Assembly (NCBI GenBank): GCA_045612665.1
Contig: JAZKZO010000052.1
Coordinates: forward strand, 9,839-73,838
Length of the DNA: 64,000 bases
Direction: 5' to 3'
From: Eubacteriales bacterium
Lineage (GTDB): Bacteria > Bacillota > Clostridia > Oscillospirales > CAG-272
Shown: positions 40,637 to 52,886 of the stretch, piece by piece
How the letters are laid out: the number at the start of each line of letters is the position of its first letter
Position numbering within the stretch: position 1 is the first letter of the stretch
Position numbers and translations under genes: made by a program
Notes under the pieces: model-generated
What the model saw: only the letters and a program-made list of their open reading frames with translations
Databases searched by the model: none
What the model was told of the DNA's origin: nothing

Positions 40637-40855
40637 TTATTTAGCACGCCATGTGATACGGCCCTTTGAGAGGTCATAAACTGAAACCTCAACTGTTACC
40701 TTATCACCGGGCAGAATTCTTATATAGTTTAATCTGAGCTTTCCTGAAATATGGGCAGTTACAATGTGTCCATTAGGAAGCTTTACCTTGAAGGTCGCGT
40801 TAGGAAGTGCTTCCGTTACAACGCCCTCAAATTCAACAACATCATCTTTTGCCAT
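40637..40855 (-). CDS. infA: Translation initiation factor IF-1
   Basis: [23 protein letters not shown]. Confidence 0.98.
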   Translation of the reverse strand: MAKDDVVEFEGVVTEALPNATFKVKLPNGHIVTAHISGKLRLNYIRILPGDKVTVEVSVYDLSKGRITWRAK

Positions 40856-40970
40856 TGATATACTCCTTTAAATTTTAGGTAATCTTATTTTTGATTCTTC
40901 GTAAGTAAGTGACTTATACGAATTCTCTGCCACCTTGATTTCAGCCGCGCAAGGGGCATTTAGTTATTCA

Positions 40971-41729
40971 CTAGTCGATTTTAGTCAAGAGAATGACACC
41001 GTTATTTGTAACTGCTACGCTATGCTCATAATGAGCGGAAAGCTTAGAGTCCTTAGTAACGACTGTCCACTTATCTCCGAGCACGCGCACCTCGTGAGTG
41101 CCCTCGTTAATCATAGGCTCAATTGCGAGAGTCATACCGGGATAAATTCTCGGTCCACGGCCTGCAGTTCCGTAGTTAGGAACATTAGGGTCCTCGTGAA
41201 GCTTAGCGCCCACGCCGTGTCCAACAAACTCGCGTACTACCGAGAAGCCCTGCGCCTCAGCATATGTCGATACAGCATTACCGATATCGCCGATTCGAGG
41301 ATTCTCTGCGTTTTCGACAGCCTTTATAGCCTCGAAAAAGCTTTGGGTTGTAGCATCAATGAGCTTTTGTGCTTCGGGTGAAATTTGACCAACTGCGAAG
41401 GTATTCGCGCTATCTCCTGTGAAGCCGTGCCATGTAGCCCCTACATCGATTTTTACGATGTCGCCATTTTTAAGTATCTTTTTATGCGAGGGAATACCGT
41501 GTATAACCTCATCATTGACACTTATACAAGCGCTTCCAGGGAATCCGCCATATCCGAGAAATGTTGGCTTTGCACCACATTTCTCGATATATTTACGAAT
41601 TTTATCGTCGATTTCCTTAGTAGTTACGCCCTCGTGAATCATTTCCTTAGCAACGAGAAGAGCCTCACCGGTAATTCTACCGGCAACCTTCATTATCTCG
41701 ATTTGCTCAGGTGTTTTAAGTTGAATCAT
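40971..41729 (-). CDS. map: Methionine aminopeptidase type I
   Basis: CISVNDEVIHGIP, GHGVG, AIEPM, SAHYEH. Confidence 0.97.
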   Translation of the reverse strand: MIQLKTPEQIEIMKVAGRITGEALLVAKEMIHEGVTTKEIDDKIRKYIEKCGAKPTFLGYGGFPGSACISVNDEVIHGIPSHKKILKNGDIVKIDVGATWHGFTGDSANTFAVGQISPEAQKLIDATTQSFFEAIKAVENAENPRIGDIGNAVSTYAEAQGFSVVREFVGHGVGAKLHEDPNVPNYGTAGRGPRIYPGMTLAIEPMINEGTHEVRVLGDKWTVVTKDSKLSAHYEHSVAVTNNGVILLTKID

Positions 41730-41732
41730 ACT

Positions 41733-42383
41733 TTAAGCGATTGCGTCTTCGATTGCCTTAAGAGTAAGTGCGGTTGTATCAGCAACCTCTTCTTGACCCT
41801 CAACCAATGAAAGAACGCCCTTCTTACCATAGAATTCTTTAAGAGGCTCGGTTTGAGCATGATAGATTTCCAATCTGCTCAAAACAACCTCAGGAGCATC
41901 ATCCTTACGGATTATGAGCTTTTCTCCGCACTTGTCGCAGAATTCGCCCTTAGCCGAAGGCTTATAAACGGTGTGGTATGATGCTCCGCATGGGCAGACA
42001 CGTCTGCCGGACATGCGTTCAACAATTTTATCATCCTCTACCTCGATGCTGACAACGCAGTTGATACCAACTCCCATTTTGTCAAGCGCCTCAGCCTGCG
42101 GAACTGTTCTGGGGAAGCCGTCAAGGATAAATCCGTTTGCACAGTCATCCTTTGCAAGTCTTTCAGCAATAATGCCGATTACAACCTCATCAGGAACGAG
42201 CGCTCCCTTTTCGGTGTAGGACTTTGCAGCCAAGCCCATCTCAGTATTGTTTTTAATTGCCTCTCTGATCATATTACCTGTTGAGATGGTAGGAATACCA
42301 TACTTTTCAGCAACGATGTCAGATTGTGTTCCCTTGCCTGCACCAGGTGCGCCAAGGAATATCATTTTGAGATTCTTACTCAT
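41733..42383 (-). CDS. adk: Adenylate kinase
   Basis: GAPGAGKGTQ, LDGFPRT, zinc-type lid. Confidence 0.97.
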   Translation of the reverse strand: MSKNLKMIFLGAPGAGKGTQSDIVAEKYGIPTISTGNMIREAIKNNTEMGLAAKSYTEKGALVPDEVVIGIIAERLAKDDCANGFILDGFPRTVPQAEALDKMGVGINCVVSIEVEDDKIVERMSGRRVCPCGASYHTVYKPSAKGEFCDKCGEKLIIRKDDAPEVVLSRLEIYHAQTEPLKEFYGKKGVLSLVEGQEEVADTTALTLKAIEDAIA

Positions 42384-42399
42384 GAGTTTTCTCCTTATA

Positions 42400-43740
42400 T
42401 TATTCGAGGAAACCTTTGTAGTGACGCATTGTCATTTGAGCTTCCATATCTCTTACTGTTTCAAGGATTACGCCTACAACGATGATTATAGAAGTACCGG
42501 AGAATGCAATGCTTGAGAACATTCCCGAGTAATCCTTAACCACTGGAATGTAAGACATAATAAGATGAATTACGAGTGGGAGTACGGATACAACTGAAAG
42601 GAACAATGCTCCTATGAGTGTGATTCTTGAAAGAACCTTTGATATAAAGTCGGAGGTTGCCTTACCAGGACGAATACCTGGGATAGAACCGCCGTTCTTT
42701 TGCAAGTTACCTGAAACCTCAATCGGATTGAATGAGATTGCTACATAGAAGTATGCGAATGCAACGATAAGAACGAATTGCAATACTACATATACCCAAG
42801 AGGTGCTAGCAAAGATATTAAGGAATCCGTGCCAGAATGTGCCCTCCTTTGGAGTATCAAAGAACATAGCGATTGTTGCAGGAAGTGTAAGAATTGCGTT
42901 TGCGAAGATGATAGGCATAACACCTGTCATATTGAGCTTAATCGGGAGATTAGAGCTTTGTCCGCCGTACATCTTTCTACCAACAACCTTCTTTGCATAC
43001 TGTACAGGAATTCTACGCTCACTGTCGGTGATGTAGATAATGAACCACATCATTGCGAACAAGAGAATCAAGTAGCAAATAGGATATACGATTGAGAATA
43101 CGAGGTCGCTAACCTTTGCACCACCGATGCTCTTTACAAGATTTGCAATAAAGCCGATGAGTGTTGAAGGTACGCGTGATACGATGTTTGCGAAAAGGAT
43201 GATTGAAATACCGTTACCGATACCCTTCTCATTTACCTTTTCAGCGAGCCACATTACAAGTGATGAACCAGCTACGAAGCAAGCAACGATTACGAATGCG
43301 AAGAACACGCCAGTGTAGTCTTTTCTGATTGCACCGTAGTTCTTAAGCAAGAAGTAGTAACCGATACCTGTGATGATAGCGATTGCGATTGTAATGTAAC
43401 GAGTAATTTGAGCTATTTTGTCCTTACCCTCTTCGCCTCTCTTAGCGAGTCTTTCAAGTGCAGGAATTGCAATTGTAAGAAGCTGAATTACAATAGAAGC
43501 TGTGATGTAAGGTGATACTCCGAGAGCGAACAATGTCGAATACTCGAAAGCAGATCCTGAAAGGATGCTTACGAATCCGAGAATTGAGCTTGAGTCGAAG
43601 CTATCAAGCAATGCACCGCTTTCTACGAATGGTACAGGTAGGCAAGCACCTACTCTGTAAATAAGAACGATGAAGAGTGTGAACAATAGCTTTTTCTTTA
43701 AATCTGGAATTTTCCAGGCGTTAGCTAAAGTACGAAACAT
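42400..43740 (-). CDS. secY: Preprotein translocase SecY
   Basis: ALGVSPYITASI, GIGNGIS, GVMPIIFA, IPGIRPG. Confidence 0.98.
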   Translation of the reverse strand: MFRTLANAWKIPDLKKKLLFTLFIVLIYRVGACLPVPFVESGALLDSFDSSSILGFVSILSGSAFEYSTLFALGVSPYITASIVIQLLTIAIPALERLAKRGEEGKDKIAQITRYITIAIAIITGIGYYFLLKNYGAIRKDYTGVFFAFVIVACFVAGSSLVMWLAEKVNEKGIGNGISIILFANIVSRVPSTLIGFIANLVKSIGGAKVSDLVFSIVYPICYLILLFAMMWFIIYITDSERRIPVQYAKKVVGRKMYGGQSSNLPIKLNMTGVMPIIFANAILTLPATIAMFFDTPKEGTFWHGFLNIFASTSWVYVVLQFVLIVAFAYFYVAISFNPIEVSGNLQKNGGSIPGIRPGKATSDFISKVLSRITLIGALFLSVVSVLPLVIHLIMSYIPVVKDYSGMFSSIAFSGTSIIIVVGVILETVRDMEAQMTMRHYKGFLE

Positions 43741-43742
43741 AA

Positions 43743-44183
43743 TTATTTCACCTCAGCTTTTCCGCCTGCAGCCTCAATTTTCTCCTTAGCTGTTGCTGAG
43801 AAAACTGTTGCTACTACAGTGAGAGCTTTTTTGAGTTCACCGTTACCGAGCACCTTAAGTCCATCGCAAGCCTTTGAAACCATACCCTTGTTCATAAGTG
43901 TTTCAAGAGTTACAGTTGTGCCTTTTCTGAAAGAGTTAAGAGCGCTAACGTTAATAATAGCGTATTCTTTACCAAATTTATTATTGAAACCTCTCTTAGG
44001 GAGTTTTCTGTAAAGTGGGAGCTGTCCGCCTTCAAATCCAGGTCTTACGCCACCGCCTGAGCGTGCATTCTGACCCTTGTGGCCCTTACCTGCGGTCTTA
44101 CCGTTACCAGAGCCTGGACCTCTTCCCTTGCGCCAAGCTGCCTTTGCTGATCCGGCAGCGGGTGAAAGTTCATGGAGCTTCAT
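43743..44183 (-). CDS. rplO: 50S ribosomal protein L15
   Basis: [20 protein letters not shown]. Confidence 0.98.
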   Translation of the reverse strand: MKLHELSPAAGSAKAAWRKGRGPGSGNGKTAGKGHKGQNARSGGGVRPGFEGGQLPLYRKLPKRGFNNKFGKEYAIINVSALNSFRKGTTVTLETLMNKGMVSKACDGLKVLGNGELKKALTVVATVFSATAKEKIEAAGGKAEVK

Positions 44184-44259
44184 TTTTTATCCTCCTTGTT
44201 GAAATTGATTTTGTGTAATTGATTTGTTGAACCAATTTCTGCCCTTTGGCAGTCTAAGG

Positions 44260-44439
44260 TTACGCGTTTTCTACAGTTACGAGATGACCGATAACCTTCA
44301 ATTTGCCTGCCAAAACCTGATCGTTTGCGAGAACGATGCTGTCACCAATCTTGGTAAGGCCAAGAGATTTTGCAGTTGCCTTTTGGTTAGGCTTGGAAGC
44401 AATAAGACTCTTTGCAAGTGTTACTTTAACCTTTTCCAT
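44260..44439 (-). CDS. rpmD: 50S ribosomal protein L30
   Basis: MEKVKVTLAKSLI..SLGL..HLV; ATG at 44439 after GGAGG; position between rpsE and rplO. Confidence 0.92.
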   Translation of the reverse strand: MEKVKVTLAKSLIASKPNQKATAKSLGLTKIGDSIVLANDQVLAGKLKVIGHLVTVENA

Positions 44440-44452
44440 CTTATCTTCCTCC

Positions 44453-44953
44453 TTAGCCCAACTTTGTCGCGTCAACGCCGCGAGTCTTTGCAACTTCTTC
44501 AGCAGTTCTAAGTGCCTTAAGTCCTTCAAATGTAGCCTTAACTACGTTTGTCTTGTTGTTAGAACGAAGGCTCTTAGCTCTGATATTCTTTATACCAGCA
44601 AGCTCAAGTACTGCACGAACAGTCTGTCCTGCGATAATACCAGTACCGAGTGAAGCTGGCTTGAGAAGCACGGTGCCTGCACCGAACTTTCCGATTACTT
44701 CATGTGGGATTGTAGTATCCTTCATTGCTACGGTAATCATGTTCTTCTTAGCATCTTCGATTCCCTTACGGATAGCGTCTGGAACCTCAGCTGCCTTACC
44801 GAGACCGTAACCTACGTGACCGTTGCCATCACCAACAACCATAAGAGCTGTGAAGCGAGCGATACGACCACCCTTTACTGTTTTGGATACACGGTTGAGT
44901 GCAACCATTTTCTCTTTGAGATCAAGGGTTGCTGCGTCAATCTTTGTTGCCAT
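44453..44953 (-). CDS. rpsE: 30S ribosomal protein S5
   Basis: [21 protein letters not shown]. Confidence 0.98.
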   Translation of the reverse strand: MATKIDAATLDLKEKMVALNRVSKTVKGGRIARFTALMVVGDGNGHVGYGLGKAAEVPDAIRKGIEDAKKNMITVAMKDTTIPHEVIGKFGAGTVLLKPASLGTGIIAGQTVRAVLELAGIKNIRAKSLRSNNKTNVVKATFEGLKALRTAEEVAKTRGVDATKLG

Positions 44954-45030
44954 TTTAAATTTCTCCTCTATGTTTAATTAAATAAGTGAATTAAACAGTG
45001 TACAAACCGAAGTCTTGTTTAAGACAAGAA

Positions 45031-45390
45031 TTAGAACTTAAGTCCGCCTTCTCTTGCGCCTGCTGCAAGCTCCGATACACGTCCGTGATATACATAACCG
45101 CCACGGTCAAATACTACTGTGTCGATTCCCTTTGCGAGTGCCTTTTCAGCAATCATAAGGCCAACCTTCTTAGCTGCCTCTTTGTTGCTTCCGATTCCTT
45201 CGAAGCCAGCCTCCTGAGTAGAAGCGGAAACGAGTGTTACTCCTGCTACGTCATCAATGATTTGGCAAGAGATGTTCTTGTTTGAACGATATACGCAAAG
45301 ACGAGGACGCTCAGCTGTTCCGGAAATCTTTCCACGAACTCTTGCGTGTCTCTTAAGGCGTTGTGCGTTGCTATCTTTTCTTGATACCAT
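45031..45390 (-). CDS. rplR: 50S ribosomal protein L18
   Basis: [22 protein letters not shown]. Confidence 0.98.
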   Translation of the reverse strand: MVSRKDSNAQRLKRHARVRGKISGTAERPRLCVYRSNKNISCQIIDDVAGVTLVSASTQEAGFEGIGSNKEAAKKVGLMIAEKALAKGIDTVVFDRGGYVYHGRVSELAAGAREGGLKF

Positions 45391-45408
45391 CTTTGTCGTC
45401 TCCTTTCA

Positions 45409-45951
45409 TTATTTACCAGTCTTACCGGCTTTACGGCGAATCTTTTCGCCCTCATATTTGATACCCTTGCCCTTATATGGCTCAGGTGCTCTCTTAGAAC
45501 GGATAAATGCTGCTGTTTCGCCAACGAGCTGCTTATCAATTCCCTTAACGATGATTGTGTTTGCATCTGGAACCTCGAATGTGATTCCCTCTGGAGCGTC
45601 AACGATAACTGGATGTGAATATCCGAGTGTGATGTTGAGGCTCTTGCCCTGCAATGCTACTCTGTAACCAACGCCTGTGATTTCAAGCTTCTTGGAATAG
45701 CCAGCTGTAACACCAACAACCATGTTATTGATGAGAGTTCTTGTAAGACCGTGAAGTGCACGATCTTCCTTTTCGTCGCTTGGACGAGCTACTGTAAGTG
45801 TAGCGCCATCAAGAGCAACGATCATTCTATTGTGATAGTTCAAGCTCAATGTACCCTTTGGGCCCTTTACTGTAATTACAGAGTTAGCCTTGTCGATGTT
45901 TACATCAACGCCAGCAGGAACAGTGATTGGAGCTCTTCCGATTCTTGACAT
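45409..45951 (-). CDS. rplF: 50S ribosomal protein L6
   Basis: [16 protein letters not shown]. Confidence 0.98.
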   Translation of the reverse strand: MSRIGRAPITVPAGVDVNIDKANSVITVKGPKGTLSLNYHNRMIVALDGATLTVARPSDEKEDRALHGLTRTLINNMVVGVTAGYSKKLEITGVGYRVALQGKSLNITLGYSHPVIVDAPEGITFEVPDANTIIVKGIDKQLVGETAAFIRSKRAPEPYKGKGIKYEGEKIRRKAGKTGK

Positions 45952-45969
45952 GTCCTTTTCCTCCTATAA

Positions 45970-46365
45970 TTACCAAACAAATGCGAGAACTTCGCCGCCA
46001 ACATTTTCATGTCTAGCCTTTTTGTCTGTCATAATGCCCTTTGATGTGGATACGATTGCGATGCCGAGGCCGTTCATAACCTTTGGCATATCCTCGCAAT
46101 TTGAGTAGATACGAAGACCTGGCTTTGAAACTCTACGGATACCGTGAATTACTCTTGCCTTGCCCTCATACTTAAGGGTGATTCTGATAACACCCTGCTT
46201 TCCGTCTTCGATAACGGATACAGCCTTGATGTAGCCCTCTTCGAGAAGAATGTCAGCGATTGCCTTCTTCATGTTAGAAGCAGGAACATCTACTGTTTCG
46301 TGCTTTGCATTGCTCGCATTTCTAATTCTTGTGAGCATATCTGCGATTACGTCTGAAATTTGCAT
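45970..46365 (-). CDS. rpsH: 30S ribosomal protein S8
   Basis: [23 protein letters not shown]. Confidence 0.98.
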   Translation of the reverse strand: MQISDVIADMLTRIRNASNAKHETVDVPASNMKKAIADILLEEGYIKAVSVIEDGKQGVIRITLKYEGKARVIHGIRRVSKPGLRIYSNCEDMPKVMNGLGIAIVSTSKGIMTDKKARHENVGGEVLAFVW

Positions 46366-46487
46366 TTTAATTTCTCCTTTTATGCAAGTATTTAATTCTT
46401 GCTGCCACTAAAAAGTGACGGCATATCGGTGGTTAAACAATTGTTTCCTTCCGATAGATGGAGTGAGCGCTGAGCGCCCGTGCTGTT

Positions 46488-46673
46488 TTACCAGCTTGCT
46501 TTCTTTACGCCTGGGATTTCGCCTGCGTAAGCTCTTTCACGGAAGCAAATACGGCAGATGCCATACTTACGAAGATAACCGTGAGGTCTGCCACAGATTT
46601 TGCAGCGGTTGTATTCTCTTGTGGAGAATTTCTGCTTCTTCTGCTGTTTGAGTACCATTGCTTTCTTAGCCAT
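46488..46673 (-). CDS. rpsZ: 30S ribosomal protein S14, zinc type
   Basis: RCKICGR..CRICFRE..GVKKASW. Confidence 0.97.
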   Translation of the reverse strand: MAKKAMVLKQQKKQKFSTREYNRCKICGRPHGYLRKYGICRICFRERAYAGEIPGVKKASW

Positions 46674-46687
46674 TTTAAATCCTCCAA

Positions 46688-47227
46688 TTATTTAGCAAAT
46701 GGAGCGCCCATAAGTGTAAGGAGCTCTTTTGCTTCTTCGTCGGTATTTGCGGTTGTTACGAATGTGATATCCATACCACGAATCTTGTCAACCTTATCGT
46801 ACTCGATTTCAGGGAAAATCAACTGCTCACGAAGACCCATGGAGTAGTTACCGTGGCCATCAAAGCCGTTAGGATTGATACCCTTAAAGTCACGAACTCT
46901 TGGGAGAGCGAATGTGAAGAGTCTATCCATAAACTCATACATCTTCTCGCCACGAAGTGTAACCTTAACACCAATCTTTACGCCCTCACGGAGCTTAAAG
47001 TTAGCAACGCTCTTTCTAGCGTAGGTAGGAACAGCCTTCTGTCCTGCGATCATTGAAATTTCCTCGATGATGCTATCGATAACCTTTGCGTTATCCTTTG
47101 CATCGCCTGCACCAACGTTGATTACAATCTTGTTAAACTTTGGAATCTGCATTGGGCTCTTGTATCCGAACTTGCTCATGAGAGCAGGAGCAACTTCGTT
47201 CTTATAAAGATCTGCAAATCTTGCCAT
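46688..47227 (-). CDS. rplE: 50S ribosomal protein L5
   Basis: [20 protein letters not shown]. Confidence 0.98.
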   Translation of the reverse strand: MARFADLYKNEVAPALMSKFGYKSPMQIPKFNKIVINVGAGDAKDNAKVIDSIIEEISMIAGQKAVPTYARKSVANFKLREGVKIGVKVTLRGEKMYEFMDRLFTFALPRVRDFKGINPNGFDGHGNYSMGLREQLIFPEIEYDKVDKIRGMDITFVTTANTDEEAKELLTLMGAPFAK

Positions 47228-47243
47228 TTTCAGTTACCCCCTA

Positions 47244-47558
47244 TTAAAGTTCCTTGCCGCATTTTGCGCAAACGCGGATTTTATTGCCGTCCTCGATCTT
47301 GTGTGCAACTCTTGTAGCCTTTTCGCATGACTTGCAATAGATCTGAACCTTTGAAGCGTACATAGCGCCTTCAACCTTGATAATACCACCGGTTTCGCCC
47401 TGTCTTCTTGGCTTTGTGTGCTTTGTAACAATGTTAGCACCCTTAACAATAACCTTCTTTTCGTCTGGGCTTACAGCGAGTACTTCACCCTTAACACCCT
47501 TATCGTCTCCGGAGATAACAATAACGGTATCGCCTGTCTTAACATGCATCTTATTCAT
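47244..47558 (-). CDS. rplX: 50S ribosomal protein L24
   Basis: KTGDTVIVISGDDKG KOW motif. Confidence 0.97.
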   Translation of the reverse strand: MNKMHVKTGDTVIVISGDDKGVKGEVLAVSPDEKKVIVKGANIVTKHTKPRRQGETGGIIKVEGAMYASKVQIYCKSCEKATRVAHKIEDGNKIRVCAKCGKEL

Positions 47559-47574
47559 TATTATTTCCTCCTAA

Positions 47575-47943
47575 TTAAAGAACTTCTGGTGCAAGAGAAA
47601 GAATCTTTGTAAATTCCTTTTCACGGAGCTCTCTAGCCACTGGGCCAAAGATACGTGTTCCTCTTGGTGTCTTATCTTCTTTTACTATAACAGCTGCGTT
47701 CTCGTCGAACTTAATGTATGAACCGTCAGCGCGGTGAACACCCTTAACGCTTCTTACAATAACAGCCTTAACAACGTCGCCCTTCTTAACAATACCGCCA
47801 GGAGCAGCCTTCTTTACTGAGCATACAACTACGTCACCGATGTTAGCATATCTTCTGCCTGTACCACCGAGAACTCTGATGCAAAGAAGCTCCTTAGCGC
47901 CTGTATTGTCGGCAACCTTCATTCTGCTTTCTTGCTGAATCAT
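47575..47943 (-). CDS. rplN: 50S ribosomal protein L14
   Basis: [21 protein letters not shown]. Confidence 0.98.
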   Translation of the reverse strand: MIQQESRMKVADNTGAKELLCIRVLGGTGRRYANIGDVVVCSVKKAAPGGIVKKGDVVKAVIVRSVKGVHRADGSYIKFDENAAVIVKEDKTPRGTRIFGPVARELREKEFTKILSLAPEVL

Positions 47944-48008
47944 TTTTATCCTCCTAATAAGGTTTCCCTATACTCGGCACATATTAAATGTACCCTTATA
48001 CGGATTAA

Positions 48009-48266
48009 TTATTTTGCCTTTTCTATGATTTGAACGAGGCGCCATCTCTTTGTCTTTGAAAGAGGTCTTGTTTCCATAACCTCGATCTTGTCGCCTACGT
48101 TGCACTCATTCTTTTCGTCGTGAGCGTGGATCTTTGTTGTACGCTTGATAATCTTGCCGTAAACTGCGTGCTTTACATTATCCTGGATTGCAACAACTAC
48201 TGTCTTGTCCATCTTATTGCTAACAACAATACCAACTCTTGTTTTTCTCAAGTTGCGTTCTGTCAT
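48009..48266 (-). CDS. rpsQ: 30S ribosomal protein S17
   Basis: [19 protein letters not shown]. Confidence 0.98.
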   Translation of the reverse strand: MTERNLRKTRVGIVVSNKMDKTVVVAIQDNVKHAVYGKIIKRTTKIHAHDEKNECNVGDKIEVMETRPLSKTKRWRLVQIIEKAK

Positions 48267-48283
48267 AACTCTTTATCCTCCAA

Positions 48284-48472
48284 TTATGCGTTCTTCTCGT
48301 TGAGAATGGTCTTTACGCGTGCGATGTCCTTCTTAACATCTGCGATCTTGTGAGGATTGTCGAGCTGGTTAATAGCATGTTGGAAACGAAGGTTGAAAAG
48401 CTCTTGCTTAAGTTCCTTCAACTTCTTTTCCAAGTCTTGTGAAGACATTTCTCTGATTTCATTAGTTTTCAC
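48284..48472 (-). CDS. rpmC: 50S ribosomal protein L29
   Basis: [17 protein letters not shown]; GTG start. Confidence 0.96.
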   Translation of the reverse strand: MKTNEIREMSSQDLEKKLKELKQELFNLRFQHAINQLDNPHKIADVKKDIARVKTILNEKNA

Positions 48473-48475
48473 AGC

Positions 48476-48904
48476 TTATTCCTCCACTTCCTCGATTTGC
48501 TCCTTCACCATAAACTTACATTTAATGGGAAGTTTGTGCATTGCAAGACGCATAGCCTCTCTTGCAATCTCTTCAGATACGCCGTCCATTTCGAACATTA
48601 CTCTACCTGGCTTAACAACAGCTGCCCAGTACTCTGGTGAACCCTTACCGGAACCCATACGAGTCTCAGCTGGCTTTTCTGTGATAGGCTTATCAGGGAA
48701 TATTTTGATCCAAACCTTACCACCACGACGGATATATCTTGTCATAGCGATACGGGCTGCTTCTATCTGATTTGCGTGAATCCAAGCAGGCTCCATAGCA
48801 ACAAGGCCATACTGACCGTTTGTTATGGTGTTACCTCTTGAAGCCTTACCTTTAAGGCGGCCTCTTTGAACACGTCTGTATTTTACTCTCTTAGGCATTA
48901 ACAT
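48476..48904 (-). CDS. rplP: 50S ribosomal protein L16
   Basis: [15 protein letters not shown]. Confidence 0.98.
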   Translation of the reverse strand: MLMPKRVKYRRVQRGRLKGKASRGNTITNGQYGLVAMEPAWIHANQIEAARIAMTRYIRRGGKVWIKIFPDKPITEKPAETRMGSGKGSPEYWAAVVKPGRVMFEMDGVSEEIAREAMRLAMHKLPIKCKFMVKEQIEEVEE

Positions 48905-49659
48905 TAGTGTGCGCCTCCTTCGGTATTTTTAGGAGCACGTGGTGCTCTTCTACGGCCATCACCTTTGTTATCCTTGTTAAATCTTCTCTTTGGACGATCG
49001 TTCTTTTCTTCAACAGTCTTAGAAACCTCGGAAAGAACCTCACCCTTGTAGATCCATACCTTAACACCGATTTTACCGTAGGTGGTATTTGCTTCCCAGA
49101 AACCATAGTCAATGTCTGCTCTGATTGTCTGGAGTGGAATTGTTCCCTCATGGTAGTGCTCAGTACGAGCGATTTCAGCGCCGCCAAGACGACCGCTACA
49201 AGCGATCTTGATACCCTTAGCGAACTTCATTGTTCTACCGATTGCCTGCTTCATAGCACGACGGAAACCAATTCTTCTTTCGAGCTGGCTACAAATGCTT
49301 TCTGCAACGAGCTGAGCGTCAGTATCGATGTGCTTAACCTCAACTACGTTTACAGCTGCCTTCTTGCCGGTGAGCTTCTCAACATCCTTACGAATGTTTT
49401 CGATTTCAGCACCGCCCTTACCGATGATCATACCTGGCTTTGCACAGTGAATGAACACCTTAACCATTTCGTTTGCAGCGTCTCTTTCGATTTCGATTTT
49501 TGAAACTCCTGATGCGAGGAGCTTGTTCTTGAGATGCTTTCTCAAGTTGTAGTCAGATACAAGGATGTCGCCAAAGTTTTCGTCAGAAGCGTACCATCTT
49601 GAATCCCAATTCTTAATTACGCCAACGCGCAATCCGTGTGGGTTAACTTTCTGTCCCAT
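48904..49659 (-). CDS. rpsC: 30S ribosomal protein S3
   Basis: [21 protein letters not shown]. Confidence 0.98.
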   Translation of the reverse strand: MGQKVNPHGLRVGVIKNWDSRWYASDENFGDILVSDYNLRKHLKNKLLASGVSKIEIERDAANEMVKVFIHCAKPGMIIGKGGAEIENIRKDVEKLTGKKAAVNVVEVKHIDTDAQLVAESICSQLERRIGFRRAMKQAIGRTMKFAKGIKIACSGRLGGAEIARTEHYHEGTIPLQTIRADIDYGFWEANTTYGKIGVKVWIYKGEVLSEVSKTVEEKNDRPKRRFNKDNKGDGRRRAPRAPKNTEGGAH

Positions 49660-49672
49660 TTCAGCGTCCTCC

Positions 49673-50011
49673 TTACTCTTTCTCAGCCACTGCGATTGTG
49701 ATGTGGCTGGTTCTCTTCAATATTCTATTTGCACTGCCCTTACCTCTTGGCATTACTCTCTTGAGCATATGGCTGCCAGCGGTTACGAAGCACTGTGATA
49801 CATAGAGTTTTGATTTGTCCATTTGATGATTGTTCTCAGCATTAGCTACTGCGCTCTTAAGCAATTTTTCAAGATACTCAGCTGCGCTCTTAGGAGTGTT
49901 CTTAAGAATTGCTGCTGCGATCTCTACATTCTTGCCACGAATGAGGTCAAGAACGATTTTTACTTTGCGAGGAGCGATGCGAACATCATAAAGGTATGCT
50001 TTTGCTTCCAT
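49673..50011 (-). CDS. rplV: 50S ribosomal protein L22
   Basis: [23 protein letters not shown]. Confidence 0.98.
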   Translation of the reverse strand: MEAKAYLYDVRIAPRKVKIVLDLIRGKNVEIAAAILKNTPKSAAEYLEKLLKSAVANAENNHQMDKSKLYVSQCFVTAGSHMLKRVMPRGKGSANRILKRTSHITIAVAEKE

Positions 50012-50029
50012 TGTGATGTGTGCCTCCTA

Positions 50030-50311
50030 TTACTTACCGTTATTTGATGTTTTTGAGCCTGCGTGGCCTTTGAATGTTCTAGTAAGAGCAAACTCACCGA
50101 GCTTGTGTCCTACCATGTCTTCAACTACATATACCGGAACATGCTTTCTTCCATCATGAACGGCAATTGTATGTCCCACGAATTCTGGGAAGATGGTCGA
50201 AGATCTTGACCATGTTTTCAAAACTTTCTTTTCGCCCTTCTCGTTCATAGCAACGATACGGTTGTAGAGCTTTTCTTCTACATAAGGCGCTTTTTTCAAA
50301 CTTCTGCTCAT
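50030..50311 (-). CDS. rpsS: 30S ribosomal protein S19
   Basis: [16 protein letters not shown]. Confidence 0.98.
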   Translation of the reverse strand: MSRSLKKAPYVEEKLYNRIVAMNEKGEKKVLKTWSRSSTIFPEFVGHTIAVHDGRKHVPVYVVEDMVGHKLGEFALTRTFKGHAGSKTSNNGK

Positions 50312-50325
50312 TGTCTTCTCCTTCC

Positions 50326-51153
50326 TTATCTGCCGTTTCTGCGTTTAACGATATATTTGTTTGTTCTTGCCTTCTTGTTTCTGGTCTTAAGGCCAAGTGC
50401 TGGCTTGCCCCATGGGGTTACAGGACCTGGACGACCAACAGGTGACTTACCTTCACCACCACCGTGAGGGTGATCGCAAGGGTTCATTACAGAACCGCGT
50501 ACAGTAGGACGAATGCCCATATGACGGGTCTTACCTGCTTTACCGATCTTAATGGTATCATGCTCGATGTTACCAACCTGACCGATAGTTGCTTTACAAT
50601 CAAGTCTTACAAGACGAACTTCACCGGATGGGAGACGAACCTGAGCCATTCCGTTTTCCTTAGCCATGAGCTGAGCCTGTGCACCAGCGGTACGAACAAG
50701 CTGAGCGCCCTTACCAGGATAAAGCTCGATGTTGTGAATGATTGTACCTACAGGAATATTCTCGATTGGGAGAGTGTTACCTGGCTTAATATCAGCATCA
50801 GCACCGCTGTAAAGAACGTCGCCGTCAGTTACTCCTGCAGGAGCGATAACGTAGCTCTTCTTGCCCTCATCGTTTTGGAGAAGTGCGATGTAGGATGTTC
50901 TGTTAGGGTCGTATTCGATACCGATAACAGTTGCCTTCTCTTCAGTTCTCTTGAAGTCGATAAGTCTGTACTTTTGCTTGTTTCCGCCGCCCTGATGACG
51001 AACGGTGATCTTACCGTAGCTGTTACGGCCGGAGTGCTTCTTCTTTGTTGTAATAAGGCTCTTCTCTGGGGAGAACTTTGTTACTTCATCGAAGGATGCT
51101 ACTGACATGTGTCTTCTCGACGGTGTAGTAGGTTTATATTTCATTGTTGCCAT
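50326..51153 (-). CDS. rplB: 50S ribosomal protein L2
   Basis: [19 protein letters not shown]. Confidence 0.98.
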   Translation of the reverse strand: MATMKYKPTTPSRRHMSVASFDEVTKFSPEKSLITTKKKHSGRNSYGKITVRHQGGGNKQKYRLIDFKRTEEKATVIGIEYDPNRTSYIALLQNDEGKKSYVIAPAGVTDGDVLYSGADADIKPGNTLPIENIPVGTIIHNIELYPGKGAQLVRTAGAQAQLMAKENGMAQVRLPSGEVRLVRLDCKATIGQVGNIEHDTIKIGKAGKTRHMGIRPTVRGSVMNPCDHPHGGGEGKSPVGRPGPVTPWGKPALGLKTRNKKARTNKYIVKRRNGR

Positions 51154-51170
51154 AATTACTGCCTCCCGTC

Positions 51171-51464
51171 TTAGTTCAAGCCGTTAAAGAATTCGATTTC
51201 CTTGGAGCTTTCCTTGAGTGTTACGATTGCTTTCTTCCACTCAGAGGTGTAACCATAGTGATAACCCATTCTCTTTGGCTTTTTCTTCATTATTATTGTA
51301 TTTACGCTTGCAACCTCTACGTTGAAGAGCTCTTCAACTGCTGCAGCGATTTCAGGCTTTGTTGCGTCGATAGCAACCTTGAATGTGTATCTCTTCGCGG
51401 AGATGCCATCCATTGACTTTTCAGTGATTACTGGTTTGAGGATTATGTCCTGAGCAAATTTCAT
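51171..51464 (-). CDS. rplW: 50S ribosomal protein L23
   Basis: [15 protein letters not shown]. Confidence 0.97.
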   Translation of the reverse strand: MKFAQDIILKPVITEKSMDGISAKRYTFKVAIDATKPEIAAAVEELFNVEVASVNTIIMKKKPKRMGYHYGYTSEWKKAIVTLKESSKEIEFFNGLN

Positions 51465-52087
51465 TATGCATATACCTCCTCTATTTTAGCTACAGCATTC
51501 TGTGCAAATACGATTGAGTTGCAGTTAAGAATGTCGTATGCGTTCAAGGTGTTTGCGTATGTTACCTTAACACCTGGGATATTAGCAAGGCTCTTTACTA
51601 CCATTGCATCAGGAGCTTCAAGAACTACGAGGCTCTTCTTTCCTGCGCCGATTGCCTTAAGCATTGCTACCATTGCCTTTGTCTTGTACTCAGCTGCTAC
51701 GATTGAGTCAACAACGATCATCTCGTTTGCTGCAACCTTTGCGCTAAGAGCACTGAACAAAGCGATTTGTTTTACTTTCTTGTTGAGCTTGGTTGTGTAT
51801 GAGCGTGGCTTTGGACCAAGAGCGATACCACCGTGTGTCCATTGTGGAGATCTTGTTGAGCCCTGTCTTGCTCTACCTGTACCTTTCTGCTTCCAAGGCT
51901 TACGTCCACCACCTGAAACCTCGCTTCTGGTGAGAGTTGACTGTGTGCCCTGTCTTTGATTGAGAAGGTAAGCTCTTACTGCCGCATGAAGTACTGCTTC
52001 GTTAACGCTTGCACCGAAAACCTTTTCGCTGAGTGCGAGTGCGCCAACCTCTTCGCCATTCATGTTTAAAACCTTGATATCTGGCAT
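51464..52087 (-). CDS. rplD: 50S ribosomal protein L4
   Basis: KPWKQKGTGRARQGS. Confidence 0.98.
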   Translation of the reverse strand: MPDIKVLNMNGEEVGALALSEKVFGASVNEAVLHAAVRAYLLNQRQGTQSTLTRSEVSGGGRKPWKQKGTGRARQGSTRSPQWTHGGIALGPKPRSYTTKLNKKVKQIALFSALSAKVAANEMIVVDSIVAAEYKTKAMVAMLKAIGAGKKSLVVLEAPDAMVVKSLANIPGVKVTYANTLNAYDILNCNSIVFAQNAVAKIEEVYA

Positions 52088-52105
52088 TGTTTCTTCCTCC
52101 TACTT

Positions 52106-52738
52106 TTATGCTTTAACGCTGTTACGAATGAACACGATACCACCGCGAGCACCTGGAACTGCGCCCTTGATTGCGATGAGGTTCTTTTCTGCGTCAACTT
52201 TGATTACTTCCAAATTAAGTACTGTAAGATTTTCGTTACCGTACTGACCAGCCATCTTCTTGTTCTTGAAAACTCTGGAAGGTGTTGAGTTAGCACCCAT
52301 TGAGCCTACTTGGCGGTGGATAGGACCAACACCGTGTGTTGCCTGAAGCATGTGATGTCCCCATCTCTTAACTGCACCTGAGTAACCGTGGCCCTTTGTA
52401 ACGCCTGAAATGTCGACCTTTTCGCCTGCTGCGAAGGTATCGACTGCTATTACATCGCCTACGTTCATGTCAGCTGCACCCTCGAGTCTGAACTCCTTAA
52501 GATGCTTCTGTGGTTCTACGCCAGCCTTCTTGAAATGACCAGCAAGTGGTTTGTTAACGTGCTTCTCTGATGCCTTCTCGAAACCGAGCTGAACTGCATC
52601 ATAGCCGTCTGTTTCGGTAGTCTTCTTTTGAACTACCACGCAAGGACCAGCCTCGATTACTGTCACAGGAACTACAACGCCGTTTTCAGCGAAGATCTGT
52701 GTCATACCGAGCTTCTTACCGATAATTGCTTTTTTCAT
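52106..52738 (-). CDS. rplC: 50S ribosomal protein L3
   Basis: [22 protein letters not shown]. Confidence 0.98.
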   Translation of the reverse strand: MKKAIIGKKLGMTQIFAENGVVVPVTVIEAGPCVVVQKKTTETDGYDAVQLGFEKASEKHVNKPLAGHFKKAGVEPQKHLKEFRLEGAADMNVGDVIAVDTFAAGEKVDISGVTKGHGYSGAVKRWGHHMLQATHGVGPIHRQVGSMGANSTPSRVFKNKKMAGQYGNENLTVLNLEVIKVDAEKNLIAIKGAVPGARGGIVFIRNSVKA

Positions 52739-52886
52739 TTTTTGCTTCCTCCTAATTTAAGGTTATTGGTTGATGTTGGATTTTTGTCGAGCCACCGACA
52801 CATCAACTTGACCTTCCGTCATCATAGCGCACTAAGATTTTACGCTACTGTACAGTTGGGTTTGGCTTTTATGCTTCCTACGTGAA

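Noticed and set aside
40856-40970. Absence of the KOW-domain gene often found between map and infA
   Set aside because: Patchy presence is ordinary and no remnant is recognisable.
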